Made by a program: the position numbers and the translations under genes. Below the pieces are notes generated by a model, which made no database searches, was not told where the DNA came from, and saw only the letters and a program-made list of their open reading frames with translations. Shown one piece after another: positions 55,919 through 64,000 of a stretch of DNA of 64,000 bases. The stretch is from Eledone cirrhosa. Lineage: Eukaryota. Numbering within the stretch: the stretch's first letter is position 1; every line of letters starts with the position of its first letter. The DNA lies in contig OZ024741.1 in the NCBI GenBank assembly GCA_964016885.1, positions 349,060,001-349,124,000 of the forward strand, read 5' to 3'.

Positions 55919-56000
55919 GCCTTCTGAAGATTGTTCCCTTCTCAATAAAAATCCGCTTGGATTTTCCGTTTATTCTGGAGCATGAAACCGCGGTAAAGGC
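55919..56000 (+). ncRNA. Minimal type I hammerhead ribozyme
   Basis: gcctt CTGAAGA t tgttcc...ggagca t GAAA C-CGCG-G TA aaggc, followed by a short AT-rich tail and (TA)n. Confidence 0.8.
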
Positions 56001-56105
56001 ACATATAGTAAGTACAGCGAATGTTTTTAATTTATTTTGAAACTTTTTCTCTATTTGCTAGACCTCGATTTTATATATATATATATATAGATAGATAGAT
56101 ATAGT

Positions 56106-56156
<51 letters not shown>

Positions 56157-56159
56157 TCC

Positions 56160-57300
56160 TCTATAATTGGAGCAATCGCTCTTGTCTCACCTTTTTGCAA
56201 ATTGGGATTGTCACGCCGGATTGTCATTGCTTAGTTGCTTAGGTGCCCTTCAAAGGATCCCGTCCACTCGGCACACATGAGTCAGCTAGAGAATACTTTC
56301 TCTATTAAGTCATTTAACATCTCCGGTCGAATGTCACCCTCCCCAGCTGACTGGCCACATTTCAGCTCATTAATTGCTCTTGTGAGCTCAGCCTCCAAGT
56401 TAGTCATCGTTCCCAGATGCACTTCGTGTATATCATCAGATGCTGTTGTGATCGTGTTTAGGACATCAGACATGTATTTTCTACACCACGTGAGAATGAA
56501 GAAAACAGAACCTTAGGCGCGTTATTAATAGAGGTGAAGGTCTTCATATTACGAAGTTGGCAGATGGTCCACCAGAACACTTTATTTGCTAATCTGAAGT
56601 CGGATTCCACCTTAACTCCAAAATCTTCTCATGTCTTAACTTTGGATGCCTTTGCTGTCTCTGCTGCGACTTTTCCCGCCTACTTGTACCGCATGTGCAA
56701 GAAGAAGGACTCATTTCCAAGCCAAGTTTTGGAAGCCTTATCCTTTGCTAGGATGGCATCTTTAACCACTTGATTGAACCGCGGGGCTCGCATGCCACCC
56801 GTCGCCACACCAAGCCGCTTTCGTCCGGAGCATTTAACTGCTGAAGCAGAAACTGCCGAGATGAACGGTCTCATCTCTAGTATTTGCAAACGCATTCCTA
56901 ACTTCCTTATCTGTGAGCGCTTCGCCTTTTATTCTATAGGTCGAGCTGGACATGCCAGTCTTGTGGGCTTTTGTATTCTCAGGCTGCAGATAACTAGATG
57001 ACCATCAGATGAGAGCTCAGCCCCTCTCTTAACACGAACATCCTACACACAATCGAAAATAACAAAATTAATTATTGATCTCTATCACCGACTCCTTTCA
57101 TACCATGTGTATTTATGGATGCCTTTGTGATGGAAGATATCCATAACTGAGTGCCCATTACTGGAGCAGAAATGTAATAATGTCTCTCCATTCGTATTTA
57201 GATCGGGATTGTCTTTCCTTCCAATCACTCCATTCCATGCCAAGTACATAGTGTCAACGTGTGACTTAAAGTCTCCCATTAGTATATATGACACAGTCTT
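56160..57300 (-). mobile_element. Decayed RTE-clade LINE (endonuclease to RT start)
   Basis: ILMGDFKSHV...WNGVIGR..NPDLNTNGETLLHFCSSNG..V....HHKGIHKYTWY; SSDGH; AINELKCGQSAGEGDIRPEML. Confidence 0.8.
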
Positions 57301-57319
57301 AAATACATCTAGCGCTGCA

Positions 57320-57885
57320 GTGACTTCGGGCTGGAAGTAGTATCGAGTCTGGTGGGTTTAGTATCAGTCGACTGGAATTTGCAGACGACATGCAACTACT
57401 CGTCAAACGGTGATATCCGATATGCACTTGAGAGATGTGCTGCCAATTACTGCACAGCTTGAATGAAAATTTGTGCTGCGAAGACTGAGACACTCCTTCT
57501 CTCAAGGAAGCATCCACAGTGCATTCTACATGTAAGGGGAATTCCACTGAAGCTGATATAGTGCGTAGCTCGGACTCCAGAGAGTCGTTCAAGATAGAGC
57601 CGCTACTTCTCCACATTCAGTTATCACGACATCGATATTACAGATATGCGCTTAGAATGTCTCGTCGCTGGACAGATAGTACAGGTAAAACTAATCGGCG
57701 GGAGACCCTGGAGTAGACCCCCAAACAAGATTGTTGGATAACATCCATGAGCTCGGCTGATCTCGCTTTGGGATCCAGTCGGTACAATTGGAGATGGTTG
57801 CTTCCGACAGGACCGCTGAAAGGAGTACTTCCAAGAAATAAGTGGGCGAAGAAGAAGAAGAAGAAGAAGAAGAAGAAGAAGAAGG
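57320..57885 (+). mobile_element. RTE-clade LINE 3' end with (GAA)n tail
   Basis: D.VRSSD.RESFKIEPLLLHIQLSR.RY....LRMS...GRRPW.RP, then (GAA)n at 57848-57883. Confidence 0.65.
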
Positions 57886-58435
57886 CAGTAGGTTAGAATT
57901 TCAGCACGTCTTTTTTATTACATAATCGCTGTTATATGTATTTCGATTGCATCTGTTTTATAATCCGTCCATAATCAATATGTAAACTCTCTGAAGAGAT
58001 CGTATGTCTTCAGACAGTTCTCAATTGTATAAATGGCAGAGATGTATATTTCTATTATGTGATATGCAGCTGATGGGCTTAAATTGCTGTTTCTTCAGCC
58101 CTTCATTTTATATTCCCTAAAATCATGAAAGGTAAAGTTAACTACTGCAGAATTTGGACACAGAAGAAAACGACAATAAGAAATTAGAAGGCAGTAGGTT
58201 AGCATTTCACCATATCCTTTTTTTTACATAATTGCTGTTTTATGTATTTCGAAGGTGTATGTAATCCGTCCGAAATCAAGTTGTAAACTCGCTGAAGAGA
58301 TCGTATCTTTTCAGACCGTTCTCAATTGTATATTCCTTTTATGTGATATACAGCTGATGGGCTTAAGTCCTTTATTTTATATTCCCTAGAAGCATGAAGG
58401 TAATGTTAACGGCTGCAGAATTTGAACACAGCGCG
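57882..58435. repeat. Tandem duplication, period about 307 bp, with decayed minus-strand HHR-like motif
   Basis: aaggcagtaggttag at about 57882 and 58189. Minus strand reads ctgt CTGAAGA ... GAAA tacata TA acag. Confidence 0.7.
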
Positions 58436-59133
58436 AAAAGACTAGTAAGTATATTCCATAAGGCATTTTGTCCTACAGTCTAGCTTCTGCCAGTAACAAC
58501 AACAACTAAAAAAACATTTTTTCATTATTATTCTAAGATCACTGTCTACCATTCTCATTAAGAGATATTTTTCCAGCAAGAAAGCATAACTTTTTGTAGA
58601 TGTCCGGGGGTAAAAAATGTGTGTTCTTATATGTCAGTCTTGCAGGAAAAGTTATGTTCCAATACATTCCGTTTTATTGAAAGAGCTTTTCTATGCATGT
58701 ATGTATGTATGTATGTATGTATGTAAGTATCTATGTATGTATGTATGTATGTATGTATGTATGTATGTATGTATGTATGTATGTATGTATGTTTGTTTGT
58801 ATGTATGTATCTATGTATATATATATATATGTATGTATGTATCTATGTATGCATGTATGTATGTATGTATGTATGTATGTATGCATGTATATATTATGTA
58901 AGTGTGTATGTATGCATGCATGTATGCATGTATGCATGTATGTATGTCTGTATGTATGCATGCATATATGAATGTATGTATGTATTTATTATGTAAGTAT
59001 GTATGGATGTATGTGTAAATTTTATTATTACATTTATTTACATTTATTTTATTGAGGAATATATATATATGTATTCATGCATACGTATATATAATTGTGT
59101 GTTTGTGTGTGTGTGTGTGTGTTTGCATGTGTC

Positions 59134-59169
<36 letters not shown>

Positions 59170-59357
59170 CGTGTGCGTGTGTGTGGGGGTTTGTGTGTGT
59201 GTGTGCCTGTGTGTAAGCGTGCGTGTGTGTGTATGTATGTATGTATATGTCTATTAGCATAGGTAGTGAGTAAATCCTATTAAATTTTTTTTAACACAGA
59301 AACACTGCTGGGCAACCGTCTGGCAAAACTTCCTCGCTCTCCTTCATTCTCAGTATG

Positions 59358-59442
<85 letters not shown>

Positions 59443-60235
59443 ATATATATATATATATGTGTGTGTATATGTATATATATTTATATGTGTGTGTGCGTAT
59501 AAATATATATATATACATTATGTAAATTATTTATGTATAGTGTATAAGTGTGTGTGTGTGCTTCTCTTTCTCTCACTCTCTTTCTCTTCCTCTCATTATT
59601 TTTCTTGTTTTTGTTATTCAAATTAGAGAATAATTTGAACTCAGTAACATTCATACTCAGCACCACTTCTTACTAACGAATAAGTTGTCAGTTGTATAGT
59701 GCATCACTCTTCCCAACCGTGAAATGCACCTTGTGCTTACTTACTTAGAAATAGGGATAATGACGTACGTATTGGGATACACCTAACTACGAACTCGCTA
59801 GATTTTGCCAGCAGTAATTTACTTTTAGGATAATTACGTGAGTTATGTAATTATGTGTGTATAGTAGAGTGCTTACGTTTAAAATGAACGAATGTATAAG
59901 CATATTGGAATGTCAGGAACAAGAATTTGCTAGGTCAGCACAACGCTGTTATCTTGGTCTACATGTAATATATTTAGAGTATTCCAGAGAGGAGACCATT
60001 TCTATCAAGATTATATTGTTTTCAACAGTGCAATCTAATGGTATACATTTTGAACTTTTAAGTAAACAATTCTAAAGACCTATTTCACTATTGAAATTTT
60101 CATGGCAATTTTAATATTTACACTGTTATGATTTAACGACACATTAACGATTAAATCACAAATATTTAGTGATGCATATATATATATTCGTGTGTGTGAG
60201 TGTTTGTGTATGTATGTATCTATGCATGTATATAG

Positions 60236-60325
<90 letters not shown>

Positions 60326-60384
60326 GTATATATATGATACATATGTATATTGTGTTTAATGCACAGTTTAATTCATATTAAAAT

Positions 60385-61260
60385 GAAGTTGTGGCAGCGG
60401 CGATGCTTAGGCAGGGATCGATTAGGACGGGTTGGAAATGATGAAGAAGGCTAAGGTGCTCGTTCCAGTGTTTGAGATAGGTGTCTGTGGTGATGACGTT
60501 GCCATTATTATCCTTCACCAGGAATATCTTAATCCGGTCACGGGTGTGGGATCTGCGGAGTGTGTTTAAAACCTGGCTGAGGTTGCTGTTCCTTGCTGCT
60601 GCCACCTGACACTTCTTCCACCTAAAACGTTTCCTGCTCATCCGTGATGGCCTTGTTGCATATCGGGTTGAGCCGGCGGTACTCATTCATGTCGCCGCGC
60701 AAGCGGGCCATTCGGAGACAGATAATTATCTCCAGCCTCTGCAGTGAAATTCAAAACAGTTTAGGAAGAGGCCTTGATTTCACGAGGACGTAACATGCAG
60801 ACGGGTTGATGCTTAATTTAATGATCTCCCAGCTCTTGGTCACATCCTCGACCAGAGTGCTGAAGCGATTGTCGAGGCGATGTTGGGATCCCGTGTACAG
60901 GAGGAGTCAAATTGGGGCTAGTACTGGGTGGCCTGGCAGCGGCGAATAGGAGAAACCCTGAAGAATAGACGGACCAATGCAGCGTGGCACAGGCCTTACA
61001 CTAGCACATCCGCAAGTATTTCATCAACTGGAACCCGGTGAGTGAGCGTTTGTTTTTGAGCCCGTTTTCTCCACCGGCACGGGTGGATAAGAAGATGACT
61101 ATCGTCGTTGCCTATACTGCTACAGACGTCATAGACGCCGGGTTGTCTCCTCTGCTGAACTACAACCACGGATAAAGTTTTGACCACTTTGGGGATTTTC
61201 ACATCTCCATTGTGTCCAGACACGTAATGCACTCTGTCAGCTTGGGAATGTGGTTATGGC
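60385..61260 (-). mobile_element. Decayed RTE-like LINE fragment
   Basis: Endonuclease-like C-terminal pieces and AAARNSNLSQVLNTLR...VKDNNGNVITT...LKHWNEH..LL, typical of the RTE linker. Confidence 0.55.
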
Positions 61261-61671
61261 ACATCCACACTTGAATTCTATAGAGGGTTAGTGAAGAGTA
61301 AGTACTCTACTCAAGCAGCCACTCGCAAGATATTAGACGGGAAAGGTAGAGAATGAAGACACGTTGGATACTATCTGGGGAGACGGAGAAAGTATTAAAA
61401 GCACACAAAAATGTGTAAATGCATGCATTAGCAGAAGACATTATACAATAGGTGGAACCCATCTCCCGCTGAAACAGCATCAAATTTTCGCTTCGTTGAA
61501 TAGGCAACGAAGAACTGATGACCCAAGTGAAAGAAATGAAGGAAGAAAAATGGACAACGTGTTGACTGAAGAGATAAAGGAAACTGATGTTTGAAACATG
61601 ATGCCAAAAGCAACGTTAAATGTAACTCAAATGCAACTATTTGACACTAAACCTATTCATGGACACTATAA

Positions 61672-61895
61672 TAGTTTCTTATATAGGAACAAGGTCAGCA
61701 ATTTTGGGGGAGGAGAGGAAAATCGATTAAATCGACACCAGTGCGTGACTGGTACTTTATTTTATCGGCCCTGTAAAGATGAAAAGCAAAATTAACCACC
61801 TCGGCGGGATTTGTACTCAGATCATAAAGGGCTGTAACTCTACGCTGCAAAGCATGGCGTCCGACCCTCTACCGATACTGCCAATCCATCGCCCT
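61672..61895 (-). mobile_element. tRNA-derived SINE (octopus-type) with ~19-bp target-site duplication
   Basis: Consensus match. cctattcatggacactataat before it (61652-61672) and cctattcacggacactataat after it (61893-61913). Confidence 0.85.
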
Positions 61896-62166
61896 ATTCA
61901 CGGACACTATAATGAGATCTGGTTTCTTGTACCAGAAGAGGAAGACGGTTTGGATTGTTGGGTGTTCTAATCTAATCTAGGTAGCTGTTTGTAACATATG
62001 TATAGGCAGCTTCCCCTTATTTGTCTTTTTATTTATATTCTAATATTTATATTTTTACATAGATTTTTATGTAATATATACTAATTTTAATGTCCAAATA
62101 TATTGTATAATATTTACCCCACCCCGGAAATATTTACATACCTATTTATATACATATATATATATC

Positions 62167-62256
<90 letters not shown>

Positions 62257-62592
62257 TGTATGTATGTATGTATATATATGTATGTATGTATATGCATATA
62301 TACATTGTTGTGGTTGTTCATTCATTGCATATTTCTTTACAGTGTATTCTGGCAAAACATGTTGTTCTCAACAGGGGGTAAAATCTTGAAGACATTCCTT
62401 CACAGTTTGCTACGATGTTATTAATGTTTTCTTCGGGATTTTGGCTCTACGAGAAAGACTACAGACTACGTTTGCTCTGTCGTTTGGTGATTTTCCAGAC
62501 TTCTTCGGTGATATCTATAATTTCGTCGTAGTTCAGTTCAGTTCTCCTGCGTCTTTTGTTATATGTGTATGTTATACATATATATATATGTA

Positions 62593-62724
<132 letters not shown>

Positions 62725-62741
62725 TATAGAGAGAGAGAGGG

Positions 62742-62781
<40 letters not shown>

Positions 62782-62799
62782 TATATAGAGAGAGAGGGG

Positions 62800-62852
<53 letters not shown>

Positions 62853-62876
62853 GAGAGAGAGAGCGATATATATATA

Positions 62877-62969
<93 letters not shown>

Positions 62970-62980
62970 TATATTATATG

Positions 62981-63017
<37 letters not shown>

Positions 63018-63829
63018 GTGTGTGTGTATGTGTGTATAGATATATATGTGTGTGTGTGTGTTATATACATGTATGTGTGTACAGTTACGTTTACATAGAT
63101 AAAAATGTATGTACGAGACGGCTTCTGGCAGAATCATTAGAATGTGGGGTTAAAATATCCTGAGCTATTTTTTCCGGCACTTTACTTTCTGATTTCAACT
63201 CCCGTATTTGCCTTCAGTTCCTCTGGTATTTCAGATATTTCAAATTATCCAATATATGCTTTGATGTCCATGAAATATTTCATCATTAATTTTGCTAACA
63301 GATGTGTATTTAGGCAAATTAGACTGGTCAGTTCAAATAACTTCCTTTTTTATTTGATATAAAACGCCAGTTCTTCCTTGTTTCCGAGTATATATTTCAT
63401 TGTTTTCAATCTTTTCATCCATGCCGATGCCTCTGATGGCTGACAAGGGAAATTTTTGCAAAGAAACATTCTCGTACATATCATAGCTGATAGTTAGGGG
63501 ATGCCTTGTTTGGAGTTTGAGAATTTTTCGTCGCAGTCTTTTTATCATGCTTGGTTCTCCTGTTATTTTCTTGACAATGTTCTACACCGATTTGTCTTCT
63601 TGCAACATATGGTATAAATAGATATAAGCTATCAGTGTCCCTGTTTTTAAAAAAGGGAGTATTTCTTATCTGATGGCCGCCAAACAGAAGTAAAAAAATA
63701 TCAAGATAATCCAATAATTTTCTAGGGATTAACAATGCAATAGACTTTCAGAACTATCAGTCACTTAACACTATTAAAACAAGGACAACCGGTGCATAAA
63801 ATTATTGATTAATAAATTAATTGTTAGTA

Positions 63830-63980
63830 ATGGTTTGTAATTTAAGCATAAGGCCTGCAATTTGTGGGGAGGAAGAATCAATTAACTTGAATGCAGTAGT
63901 TGACTGCTACTTTATTTTATCGACCTCGCAATTATGAAAGGCGAAGTTGACCTCGGTGAGATTTGACCTCAGAATGTACA
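63830..63980 (-). mobile_element. tRNA-derived SINE (octopus-type), diverged
   Basis: tactttattttatcgacctc...atgaaaggcgaagttgacctcggtgagatttgacctcag. Confidence 0.7.
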
Positions 63981-64000
63981 AATTCGTAAATAGATACCAC

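Noticed and set aside
63100-63750. Possible decayed DNA-transposase fragment
   Set aside because: No diagnostic motif or termini recognisable by eye.

Overview
This is AT-rich, microsatellite-saturated eukaryotic DNA. The SINE families and repeat landscape look like a cephalopod (octopus) intron or intergenic region (inference). No host gene can be called with confidence, and most short ORFs in the track are translations of (TA)n/(CA)n/(GATA)n. The window is a mosaic of transposable elements: Penelope-like elements (PLEs; Neptune-like RT plus C-terminal GIY-YIG, and Poseidon-like 3' ends), an internally deleted mariner, a small non-autonomous Helitron, RTE-type LINE remnants and many tRNA-derived SINEs. 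It also holds a near full-length 5.8 kb Tx1/L1-clade LINE plus two truncated relatives, all sitting in (GATA)n. The main signal that the ORF track misses is RNA structure. Read by eye, about a dozen sequence-unrelated families of type I hammerhead ribozyme (HHR) motifs lie in short, non-coding, often fold-back elements inserted in (TA)n. These include two non-coding tandem units (about 454 and 540 nt) that look like retrozymes, a PLE ribozyme with a recurrent non-canonical CAGAAGA core, and one with a branched domain II. All structures were folded by hand and none is experimentally tested.
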